A stretch of 64,000 nt of DNA from Asterias rubens (Eukaryota), in the NCBI RefSeq assembly GCF_902459465.1, contig NC_047074.1, positions 248,001 through 312,000 of the forward strand, written 5' to 3'. A program made the position numbers and the translations under genes. The notes below the pieces were generated by a model. The model did no database searches. It saw nothing but the letters and a program-made list of their open reading frames with translations, and had not been told where the DNA came from. Below are positions 26,798-38,828 of this stretch, piece by piece. Each line of letters begins with the position of its first letter. The first letter of the stretch is position 1.

Positions 26798-27826
26798 TTA
26801 TTTTGATCGAGTTCCACCGGTGTGTGTTTCAGCTGTACCGTTGTTGCTTGAAGATCCGTAACGCTCACCAGAGATATGAGAACGAATTGCCGCATCGCCG
26901 TAAAACAAGCATTTGACTCCTCTCTGAAACTGCTTGTACTTCATGCTGTACACGATTGGATTGATACAACAGTTAGCCGCAACAAGGAACGTGCTGAAGA
27001 CATTCAATGCACCGGTGAAATCCAACTGAAGCCATCCACAATTGAACATGAAGAAAGTTATCTGACTTGGACTCCAGCAGATAAGGAATACAGCAAAGAC
27101 GATGACCAGGGTTTTGAAGGTGTTTCGCCGGGCACGGAAGAGGGACTCCTGCTGGTCGTTCACAACCACGGGGGGCTTCGGCTCGGACCCGGCTACATGT
27201 ATAATGATGGGGGCTGGCACAGGGGCGACTCGTAGAGCACCTTTCTTCAATGAGATGGCAGTGTGAATGTAACAGAAGAGCATCACGCCAGCCGGTAAGA
27301 AGTACTGGAGAACAATGAGAAGGGGACCGATGATGAAGGATACAGAAACACGCTGGAATTTACAGACACCCTCCACTACGTTGTATATGATGAAGGAGTA
27401 GGACTTGAGCAAGATACCAATGATCCAAGCCAGTATCATTATAATGATGGCTGGGCGACGGTCGAAGAAGGTACGGTACTTCAACGGGTAGACGATAGCG
27501 GCATACCTCTCAAGAGTCAATCCAAGAAGGTTGAATGTTGAGATGACGAAGAAGAGCCAGAGCATAGCGTCTCCGATCCACACACGGCATAGAACTTGGC
27601 CCGCCATGGTGTCTGGTACAGGGTCCGGGTTGGGGATGTTGCTCTGTAGTAGAAGGAGCAAAGAGCCGATGAAATCAATCACAGCTTGGTGACAGATGAA
27701 GGTATTAGTCAGAGTGTGCATGAACTTCACTCTGCTGATCACCAAAATGACCAGTCCATTATCTAAGATGCCTACCACACCAATAATTGTCTTGAGTATG
27801 CGAAGAATCAGTAGAGCTTCAGCCAT
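26798..27826 (-). CDS. Intronless rhodopsin-like (class A) 7TM GPCR, orphan; resembles the expanded echinoderm galanin/somatostatin-receptor-like putative chemoreceptor type
   Basis: Single ORF; first ATG at 27826 gives 342 aa. Seven hydrophobic segments; TM2 HQAVIDF, TM3 LTLERYAAIVYPL, TM6 CWSP, TM7 NCCINPIVY. Confidence 0.9.
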   Translation of the reverse strand: MAEALLILRILKTIIGVVGILDNGLVILVISRVKFMHTLTNTFICHQAVIDFIGSLLLLLQSNIPNPDPVPDTMAGQVLCRVWIGDAMLWLFFVISTFNLLGLTLERYAAIVYPLKYRTFFDRRPAIIIMILAWIIGILLKSYSFIIYNVVEGVCKFQRVSVSFIIGPLLIVLQYFLPAGVMLFCYIHTAISLKKGALRVAPVPAPIIIHVAGSEPKPPVVVNDQQESLFRARRNTFKTLVIVFAVFLICWSPSQITFFMFNCGWLQLDFTGALNVFSTFLVAANCCINPIVYSMKYKQFQRGVKCLFYGDAAIRSHISGERYGSSSNNGTAETHTGGTRSK

Positions 27827-28949
27827 ATTGCCTCGAATACCCAATCTCTCAGAAGAAATAACTTTCTAAGAGTGCTCTCTAAAACAGTGGAACTAGTTTA
27901 TACTGCATTTATCTTTAGTAAATTAGATGATAACAGCACCAGTCTTCCTCGCTCTATGGTTCAACACAGCATGACTGAACAGCATTTTTTTCATCAGTGT
28001 TCTATCAACTGGATACGGGAGTCAAGTCGTTTGATAGTGTGTTTCATCTTTTTATACATCTTGGTAATAGTGAAAAGTGTGTTGTATAATCGGCGTCACC
28101 GAGGGTTGGCTGCCTAATTTATACCAACGTCACCATTGATGTAGAGACTGATTGGTTCATTTATCACGTACAATGAGCAGTGAGACACCACGCATGTTCA
28201 CACCATTCATGTTGTATCTTGTGGCTTTCTCGTCTCTCTCGAGGAGATGCCAAAAGGCGTCTTGTCTATTGTCGACTCAATTTAGTAAGCTGGAGTGTGT
28301 ATGTGTATGTTTTTGTTTTGCAAATATATACTTAGTCCAAGAACTAATGAAAAGGTGGGCAGGCAATGCATGCTTCGTTTTTTAAAGGGCACGGACACCA
28401 ATGTAATTTCTCCTTGGTAAAGGGCATCCTATGGGTTGTAAATTTTTACTTGAGTATTTCAAGGGCACCAAGGAAATGACCAGGGGGCATGGAGGCAATT
28501 GCCTTCGTTGCCTCTGTGAATTATATCAGGACTGAGTTGGGATTGCCGAACTTTCTCTTTCAAAGGCAGCTGGTTGTTTTTAAGGCATTGCATTGAGGTA
28601 TATCATGACAGAAGTTTACGTTACGTTTTCGTTGATTACTCGACAGGATCCTTAAAGAGGACAAGGGTGCTTGATTTTTGGTGTAGCGGCAGATCGGACA
28701 CAAAAGTCCCATCAGAAAAAAACTGAAGAAACTTAAGGTGCTGAAGACAAGACAACTGGAACTCAATTGGTTCTCGACAAAGTGCTAGTAAAAACTTGGC
28801 TGCTGCTTACTAGTACATGTACTTGATGTAGGCTTGGTGCAGCTCCTCCCTAAGGCTAGAGTAGAAATCGGGGAGCCATCAGTTCGCGCGAGAGCAGTGA
28901 TCTCGCGAGAGCACTATCTCAGCGCGTGTGGCCGATTTAACGACTTGTC

Positions 28950-29250
28950 CACTCTGAAGTTGGGGCGGCCAACACCACAACTGGGAGCGAGTTCCAAAGT
29001 TTGACACTCTACTGGGAAAGAACGAACTTCCGTAATATCTGAGTGTGGCTATAGTAATGGTCAGGAGTTTGCAAGGGTGGTATGATTTGTTGTTGGAGGG
29101 AATCCATGCTTCAGGACTCCCGGTCGTGCGGCTCTTTCGAAGCACATTGCTGAAAGTGCAATCTGTACTACTGATGACGAAGCCTGGACATAGCATTTCA
29201 ACAAGAGGTTGCTCATTTATTTTGCATGGCAACCTTCTTCTCTCTGAGGT
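28950..29250 (-). mobile_element. Degraded 3' end of a CR1-like LINE ORF2
   Basis: PCKINEQPLV...RYYGSSFFPSRV then, with a frameshift, KLWNSLP; matches the SFFPR..WNSLP ORF2 terminal motif. Confidence 0.5.
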
Positions 29251-31129
29251 GCGATGAGGTCAAAGCATCACATGCTCAAAGTGTCTTAATTTACTTCTTC
29301 AATACGCGGGTCATCAAAGAAAACGACAAATCGGGAGAAAAAACTAACTAATCAAAAAGTAACTCACTATAAAACAACAAGAAAAGGTGAGAGTCCATAC
29401 AGGATATTAAAATGCCTGACCCAATGACAATTGCTACAGGGGATGCAGATGTCCCAGACAAGTCGTAATTAAAGATTGACAAGAAAGTTTCAACATGTGG
29501 TCAAAATGGCCTTGCTTGTGGAGCTTGGAGGCTTGTTTAATAACGTTCCCTAACTGAGCACCATAGCATGAAATAACGAGGAGGTAGGGTGAAAACGTGC
29601 ACATTAAATGAAAAACAGTTTTTCTGTTGATTTTTCAAAAACGCAATACCAAAGTATGATGCATGTTATTTGGAATTTTTTATTTTTTATTTTTCATTTA
29701 TTTACAAAAATGTACTTATTCATTATTTTTTACCAGAGATCACAGTAATGCTGACAATACCTAATAGGTGTGTTCGCGAAGGGTTGAAATGACGTAACAG
29801 ACTCAACAGGCGCAAACAATCTCATTAATTCTTCCCGGGGAGACTTCTTTATATTTCTTTCCTTTGTCATTCGCTGCATGACATCTTCTCATTGCACACA
29901 ATTTCTTTTCTTCCTCTATGTTTTCCTATTTTTTCTCATAGTCTCCATGAGATATCTAATAATAATACATGTATACCCCTAATAATGATATTTTCGTCGC
30001 GGGATAGGGGCTGTATATAAGACGTCTTATGATTGTCAGCAACTAGCAATCCTCGGCAGGTGTTGATATTCCTCAAGAAGATACTTTGTGGTTTTCATCG
30101 AGGCCTACCATGTTAATATTTAATGACAATAAGCAGTTTCTAATCAAGGGTATAATGTATATTATAATAATGGAACCACAGAACCAGCATGTATAGGGCC
30201 TACATTATGTGTTCTTGCAGTAGGTATTATACGAAAGGTCCAATGCTCACAATCAGCAATTTTCTTTTGCAATGGAAGTCTAACAATTTTCATTAACAAT
30301 TGTAATCCAACACTGACAGAATTTTTTTATTTTTGTATTGTCCATTATTATTTTTTGTTCAAATACAAAAATCCCATGGCGACTAATGGTTGAATTACAG
30401 GAAAATATACAGAGAACAAAATTGCCGGCTCCTCTCGCCTGACGGTGTCCTTCTTCCGTAAGCTTGGTTACTGATTGAGCGATGTTTCCGTTTTTTTCTC
30501 TTTATTATTTCGTTGGTTGTTTTTCTAGTGTAATTATTATTGTAATTTTCTTTTCTTGTTTATTAGGCCTAGATGTCTGATTATGAAGGCAACACTTCGT
30601 GTGCTGCTAACCTCAAAAACACGGTAATCAACTTGGAGGCTGTTTTCAATCTTTGCTCAGCAACAGACACACCGCCCAAAAAACATGTGCCTAAAAATAA
30701 AACTAATGATAATAAATAAATAAACACAACAAAAATAATGAGTAAAATAAAATAACATAAAGAAACAAACTGTATAATTAAAAATATGACAAGCATGGAC
30801 TTATTAAACAATAAACAATTGTTTTGTTTGGGGGAGGGAGATTATTCATAATGCCTCATTAACAATGATAACTTTATGGAAAGCGTTGCCATAAACGGTA
30901 TTGCACCGATTGAGGGCGCTGTGCAAATAGGTATGACGAACGCATCGAATAAAATGGCATAATGACACTAATCAATCTAGTAAAAGTGATAAACGAATAA
31001 CTTTGGAAAATCCTTTAAATATTAACATTCTGTTTAGAAAAAAAAGTGAAAGGTCTTTTGAACTAATTTAATTATAACATCGACAACTTGTTTTTTTTCT
31101 TTATGAATTTGCTGCTGAAAAATCTTAAA

Positions 31130-31295
31130 TCAAGACGACGGCGGAAGACCAAAAACCGGAAGGGTTTGCTCAAAGGTCAGTGTTCTGCGGGGAGGCCATT
31201 TCGTCAGGGCTGGAGAATTAATGGCTGAGAATTTCGATGAAATCTACCCGATTTAGCTGCTAAAGCTTCTTCTAAAACTCGACATTGTGTATGTA
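31130..31295 (+). promoter_or_regulatory. Candidate TRIP12 promoter and non-coding first exon
   Basis: CpG-rich patch with ETS-type GCGGAAG and CCGGAAG motifs, followed by a donor-like GT|GTATGT near 31290 and a T-rich intron-like start. The TRIP12 ATG exon has its own acceptor at 41074, so an upstream exon is required. Confidence 0.45.
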
Positions 31296-32631
31296 TCACC
31301 TTCTTCCTTCAAAATGTTTACATTTCAGATTCATATTTTTTGTTTTGTGGGGTGATTTTGCGATTTTTATTTGATCACTTTGTGTGGTGCAATTTTATTC
31401 TGTAGTCTGGGAACTGTGTTTTTGGAAACCATTTTGTTCGGCTTTGTCGTGCACGAATCAGATCAATGCGTGACTGAATTGCGTAGCCAGGTTTGTGTTA
31501 TACAATTTGTGCAACTTGGTAAATTCTATTTATGCTCTAGCCATTATGGAGTTTCCATTTTACAAGCTAATATTTGAATAAACTAAATGATAAATGTTTT
31601 ATTTAAACTGCCCCTGGCTGGAGTGAGTCTGGCTTTTCAATCAAGTACAAAATTGAGTGTTCAAGTGTTGGCCATGGCATGTACCATTTTGGAGAAAAGT
31701 GGTAGAACAAGAATGGGGGGGGGGGGGGGAATGCTTGGAGTTTACCCCGTCTGGTCTGCTCTCGTCTGACTCATGACTTTTATTACATAATTTGATTATT
31801 CACAGGGATAACTCTGTAGTTATGGCGCCACCGCTTTTTCACTCATTTTTATAAAAAGGGATATCCCAGACCCATTGATGAGTGAGGTAAATTAGATACT
31901 GTATTATTTCATGATTATTTCATATTGAATGAACAAGTGGTGACGCCATACAGAAACTTTTAGAATTTTTAGACTTGGTAATCATGATTTCCTTTCATCA
32001 TTATTGTCGTGTGCGTTTTAAGACTTGCGTCCCTAAAAATTCCATTGATTCTCGATCAAAATCATCAATTATTTATTCTCCAGTCCAGGTAAAAGTGCAA
32101 AAACAATAAACTATTTTAGTACAACAAGCCTATGTTAATACGGCAAACCCCGCAGAATTGCTTCTTTTATTGTTATATTGAATCAGATAACATTTTGAAC
32201 AAAAATTGAAGATTTTTCTTTACCTATATTTTTGTTTTTAATAACATTGTGTTGTTTGATACAAAGTGCAGGACCTCGGATAAGTGTCTTTCTCACATTA
32301 TTATTATTTTTTTGTGGTGGTGTGGGGGGGGGGGGGGGGCAGGGGGTTGTGTACATTTTTTTAATGTTAATTGTGCATGCCTCGTGCCATTCATTAAAAA
32401 AATATTTGCACTATGAGTTGAAGTAGGGGGCGTATAGAATGATCCATTTACGGAGGCAAAGCTGAGTGGAATTCCATTTTTCAACAAACATTGTTCGTGG
32501 TGAATAATTACCGAAATGTAAGTTTGTTGAAATATAATGTATACGATCTGCCTGCATAATTTCTTTCTTCACTTGCACCTTTACGGCTGTGACACCACAC
32601 TGCACGCATCCCAGTTTAGCCAAATTTGTGC

Positions 32632-32755
32632 TGCAAAGGGATCACACTACTCAAGACTCAAGACTGGGTGTTTGCAAAGGGATCACACTACTCAAGACTC
32701 AAGACTGGGTGTTTGCAAAGGGATCACACTACTCAAGACTCAAGACTGGGTGTTT
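32632..32755. repeat. 41-bp tandem repeat x3
   Basis: gcaaagggatcacactactcaagactcaagactgggtgttt. Confidence 0.9.
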
Positions 32756-33424
32756 TATACACTTAGGGTACGCTTCTTAATTAAAATACAATCTTGCTTG
32801 GTATTTATTTATAAACAAATAAACAGCAAGCGTAATGTTTCATGGAACGCTCCTTTTGTACAGAGTGTGCCTACACTTACATAGGCCTACACTCAGCATA
32901 CATTTACAATCACAACTTACATAACCAGGGCGTTATACAACAATGAGTTGATTAACAATACAGCATCAGACATGTAGTGTATTAACCATTCTGTTACATG
33001 ATGCAAAGATATTGACCTTGTTTACAAGACGCAGTTTCATTGAACTAGAAATATTAAGCAGGAAATATTGCTTAACAATTTCTGCTAAGTAAAAGGGAGC
33101 AGGATACGTAAATAAATTGTGCATGTAACATGGTATTTTTGCTGGTAACCTTATTCTGGTAAGCATAATTATTTTGTGCTTTGCTACTTTTTGTGCTTTT
33201 AGTTTTAAAAGCAGCTCTATGAAATTTTGCCCTGAGTATAATTATGTCATTTTAATCATTCTGGGCAAGTGAGTTAAGACGATTGGTTGAAGCTTAGCAA
33301 AATCAAATGTAAGCAAACATGATGAACAACATGCCAAAATAATGTATTATTTATATTTAAAGTTTTGACTGGCACCCCTAAGAAAGATATTGACAAAATA
33401 GGGGGAGTGCAATAAATCAACATC

Positions 33425-33520
33425 TATTGGCTAGATAGCTCAGTTGGTAGAGTACTGACACGTCATTCAATCCGAAGGTCGAAGGTTCAAATCCCCCTTT
33501 GTTTAATCCAAAATTTAAAC
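33425..33520 (+). mobile_element. tRNA-derived SINE head
   Basis: tagctcagttggtagag...ggttcaaatccc. Related copies at 33995-34070 (+) and 40510-40590 (-). Confidence 0.6.
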
Positions 33521-34348
33521 ATTTTGTTTGTATGGTTATGGGGTTTGGTTTGGTGGATACTATTGCAAAAATGCAGATTTTAGTGATGTTAAATAACAAC
33601 ATTAAAACTAACTGTACATGATGTACATTGTACTATGCATGCATTGGCCACCTTCCACTGCCTGCACCCATACAATACCATGGACTCAATGGTGATGTGT
33701 GCATACATGCTTAAAAACTTGTAATAAACACATTATGCATGAATGAAGTTAAGGTCATCAGTCAACTAAAAGCCCTTGGCACTCAACACAAACACCCTCA
33801 TGTACTCATGGAGGAATAATGCAGATGTGATGCCATACAAGACTCTTGGGTCCTGTATCAGGTTTATGTATCACTAAAGAACTGTGTACATTGCACCAAC
33901 ATGTATCAAGTAATACGGCACAAGGGAAATTAACTGAGTAAAGTTGAGATCATTTGGGTTGTATTGTAGGTAGACCACCACCATAGTTCTTGTTAGCTCA
34001 GTTGGCAGAGCGCAGGCACGTTAATCCAGATGTCAATGGTTCAGTTCCTGCTTGAGTAAATTTTTTTTTGTTTAACCACAAATTAAGCATGGAGGAAGAC
34101 ATGCAACCTTTACTTAAACAATGTACACGTATGCAGTGTACGCATTGTATAGAGGGTGTGCCACATGTACTCAGCATTCTTGAAAGGAGCTGAGTTTCTA
34201 TAATGTGTCCATACACATGATGTACCACATGAATGTTCAGGTACTACATGTACCCAAGACATGGGCAATACACCATGTAAATGTAGGCTAAACATGAAAT
34301 TGTAGGTTTACATGTAACACTGTATTTTTGCACTTTGATTCTGGCCAT

Positions 34349-34349
<1 letters not shown>

Positions 34350-34423
<74 letters not shown>
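34350..34423. repeat. (AAT)n microsatellite
   Basis: About 24 uninterrupted AAT units. Confidence 0.97.
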
Positions 34424-34424
<1 letters not shown>

Positions 34425-37400
34425 GACTTGTAATGCGCACATATCCACCCTGCTGGGTGTTCAAGGCGCTGGGTGTTTAAGGTATCTTCACAGTGAATTC
34501 ACATCATAAATAATCCTAGACATAAAACTGTTCAATATTGTGTTTGATTCACACTAGATAAATTAGTTATATAGCCAGTGGATGGGTCTCTTGCTTTATT
34601 GCTAATTCATTCCAGTCGCTATTCCTTAAACTTAATCTTTCACCGGGATTAAATCAATCAGATACAGGAGTTAGATGCAGAAGTTTTTCCTGTATGCATT
34701 ATCTTGATCAGTAATCATGAACCGGTTGGGTATGATTCACCTTATGGTACATAGCAGGGGACCGTGGAGGCTCGGAGTTAATTCTGTGGTTTATGTGGTA
34801 GAGTCTGGCTGGTTACTGAATGGGCGGGGCAGTATAGCAGACACCCCCCCCCCCTGTAAGGGAGGGGGGGGGGATCACCGTGTTTTGTGAAGTTACAATG
34901 TATTAAATAGTTTTTTCTACACGTATCTTAAAATACATTGAATAGGTTTTCTGTTTTAGTGCGCCAGTTTTATACCTACAATGTACATGAAGTAACCCTA
35001 CCTACCATACATGACGTGCATACACAATGTAAAAAAGATGTTTTCATATTATATCACAGTTGAAAAGGGTCACGGCCCAAAAGACTGCATGTTATGTTCA
35101 TGTGTACACAGAACACGTATCCACTGGCATCGATAGTGGCAAACCTTTCATGTTACTTTGCAAATCATTTTGACAAAAATTATCAATTAGATTCAGTCAA
35201 TCACATCTTGTATATGTAGGCCTATAAATTCATGTTAACTTGTGCCGAAGGGACTGATTGAGTTTAATGGCACTACAATCATGGAAAGTAGATTTTATGA
35301 GGCTAGGGTATTACATGTATACTTACCAGCAACTGACTACTCTGTTTTATTTGTAATTATTGCACTGTGTTATGTTTACAAGGGTTTGAAAATAGCTAGT
35401 AAAATGAAGGGCAGGCCTCAAATTACAATGATAACCAGGGCACCCGCAGCAATGGCCCTGTGTTTCCCTGTGCTTTTGCTGCATGGTACCCAATATATCC
35501 CTGTATGCTTAGTTTTTTAAAGGCAAGGGCACCAAGGCATGGAGGCAATTGCCTGAAGTATCAGGCCTGCCAATGCAAATTCAGCCCTGATACTTCGGCT
35601 TTTAAGGGGCACGGCAGTTTTGCCTTGACTTTTTGTAAAAATTTAGGGCACCAAGGCAATTTTCAAAAATTTGGAAGGGCATCACGGCAATCATAAAAAA
35701 CTTGCGAAGGGCACGACAGCGGTTTAAAAAAAAAACTCTGAGTTGCCTGTAAAAAATAGTTCTTCCAATTTTTCCATTTTCTAACTGTTACCTAATGAAA
35801 AAAGAAAGCATTCATTAACTCAACAAAATAAAGAACAACTACTTACAATACACTATAAATAATTTTTGTTCATACGTAATCCTACTATTGGTCATGCACG
35901 TTGTGTAGTTTTTCGTCGAGACGCTAAAATTCCCACGTAACTGCTCCATTTTGACACGATGTTGACAGAATAAATGCATGCGGTGCGCGACGACTATGCC
36001 GACATGATGGTACATCACATGTACCAAGCATGGGGAAAACCACTATCCCAGCATGCACAGACCTGCGAGTCTTCGTCTCAAGGCATTTAGCGTTGGTTCG
36101 TGTAATTTTACCACTAGAGGGCGTTTAATCTCACGCTATCGCTTTGTTCCGAAACGCCCTCTAGCGTTCAATGTTTTGAGTATTTTTTTGTTGACGCAAA
36201 GAACAACGACTAACGGGCCTGAAATCTGCTGTTGTGCCTTACGTGCGTGAAATTGGGGTATATTTCTTTGCGTAAAAGTTTACACAGATATCGGGACTTT
36301 TTGGCTTCTTTTCGAACTTGGGCAACGTTGAATATAATTTTTTTTCGGGAGGAAGGGCACGGCGACAATGATGAGAAAAGGGCACGGCAATCATTGCCGT
36401 GAAAAATTGGGTTTTTGAAGGGCATTGCGGCAATCGGTAGGGGCAACGACGGCAATTGCCGTCGTTGCCGTCGTGAAGTATCAGGGCTGCAAATCCCAAT
36501 TCAAGTTTTCCTGTGATGGAAGTGCCCCCTTGACAGAGGAAAATTGTCGTTCCCCTTCTAGAGCGAAGTTCAAGGCCAAGGAAGGTAGTTAAAATGTTAG
36601 CAGTTTGGGACGAACGCTAAACGTAATAATTACGTGCACTTCCTGTGAGGAATGTTATGGGTGGCATGACACCAACATTTGAGGATTTCATTAAGTGGCT
36701 TGGAACTTACGGTAGGAGTTGCTCGTGTTAAATATATCATGGGGTCTTTTTGAAACCTCTGACTCCAGCTACAGGCTCTGACTGCTGATGTTTGAACCAC
36801 AGCCTGCAAAATACACAGTAATATGCTTGATGGTCAAGCTGCAGTGCGCAGAGCCTTAGCCAGAGATGGAGCACAAGCCAAGGTTTGAGAAAGGCCCTAC
36901 ACACTCTCCAGTATAGGCTTGTAGGTCAAGCTGCAGTGTGCGGAGCCTAAGCCAGAGACTGAGCACAAGCCAAGCTTTGAGAAACGCCCTTGGTTGTCAG
37001 AACATTTTTTAATCTTCGTAGCGAGGAGTATGATATGGAGGTAAAGATGGGGAGATTGGGGTCCAGACCATTATGGATCAATGGTCGAGAACAGATGAAA
37101 ATAGCAGGACAAACAAAGTAATTTTGTACCATCAGGAACTGCAAGCACTAGAGAGAGAGAGAGCTCAGTTGAACTTGATCAAAATTAGATAAAAAGTGTT
37201 TTGATTGGGTAGAGTTTCCTGAAAATGTGAATTATTGGTACAAGTATATTTAGTTTACATTTGAACCAATATGTAACGTATAAAAAGTGTGTTTACATGT
37301 TTGGGTACTGTATTTTACGAACAGTATTTGTCTTTCCCGTTGATGTATCTTCCATGGTCTTGTCATTTCCTTCCTCCATGAGCTTTCGATAGATGTACAT

Positions 37401-38350
37401 TGTACATGTAGAAGGTCTGCTAATCAATTGAGTTAGCAAATTGTAGGACCTCTGAGATTAGTAACTCCAATTGTTGGTGATTTGGGGCACATTATGGTGT
37501 AATCCTACATTATGCATGAAGGAAAGAATTAATCAAAATTCACACTGAATGTTAATGAGGAAGGGCCATGGAAGGTCACATGTTTGTTTGCATTGATTTT
37601 TAAGCACCCATTGATTTGTGAGTATCATCAAACAGATGACAAAGACAAATCAGTAAAAACCTTGGGCAACCAACCCTCCAAAATCCAACTGCACCTTTTG
37701 TTTGATCTTGTTGGATTCAGTATGTGGGTCCTTTCTCTATGGATTGAGTGATGCGCTAATAAACATACAATGGGCCTTTGTTTATTTGCAAAGATTGCCT
37801 TTTAAAACAAAGGATTAACACTGGATTGTGTTTCAGTTCAGCAGGCTTTGGCCAAACTTCCAATGTTTGGGTCCAGAATGCCCTAAAATTTGAACAAATC
37901 CTAGGGGACACCATGATATGTAGGGCAGGGGAAATGCCAATGTTATGTGTTGGGCTTCACAATGTACAGTCATGTGTCATGATAACGCTGCATTAGCTGC
38001 ATGGCATCCTGTGTACCCTCTAATATAATGATAGTGCTGAGTCATTATTTGGAAGGGAGCAGACTGTTTCTATTCACTGTAGTTTTGTGTAGTCATAATG
38101 AGGTGGGATGTGTAAACACCAATATGCAGGGATTGTGTGAGTGTCCATTAAAAGCCAAGCATGACTTCATGATAGTCTCCCCTGCAGCAGTTAGTACAGT
38201 TTCTGTGAATCAAAACCACTAAGTGCCCTTGAGTGGTCTAGAATCCTATGTGCACACCCACATAATGTAAGCACATTACACACTGAATTATACATGATAC
38301 ATGTACACACAAGGGTACAATGTACACATCATTCGGTCATACAAGCATAA

Positions 38351-38828
38351 GCACCCTGGACTGTGATCATGCACCCTGGACTGCGATCATGCACCCTGGA
38401 CTGTGATCATGCACCCTGGACTGTGATCATGCACCCTGGACTGTGATCATGCACCCTGGACTGTGATCATGCACCCTGGACTGTGATCATGCACCCTGGA
38501 CTGTGATCATGCACCCTGGACTGTGATCATGCACCCTGGACTGTGATCATGCATCCTGGACTGCGATCATGCACCCTGGACTGTGATCATGCACCCTGGA
38601 CTGTGATCATGCACCCTGGACTGCGATCATGCACCCTGGACCATGGAGGTAGCCTGGACTGCGATCATGCACCCTGGACTGCGATCATGCACCCTGGACC
38701 ATGGAGGTAGCCTGGACTGTGATCATGCACCCTGGACTGCGATCATGCACCCTGGACCATGGAGGTAGCCTGGACTGCGATCATGCACCCTGGACCATGG
38801 AGGTAGCTTGGACTGTGATCATGCACCC
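38351..38828. repeat. 20-bp minisatellite (gcaccctggactgYgatcat)n with 18-bp insertions in the distal part
   Basis: Direct reading; insertion ccatggaggtagcctgga appears from ~38640 onward. Confidence 0.95.

Noticed and set aside
34845-34875. Poly-C/poly-G hairpin and other homopolymer G or C runs (e.g. 24221, 31717, 32326)
   Set aside because: Common low-complexity tracts that are prone to sequencing error, with no supporting context.
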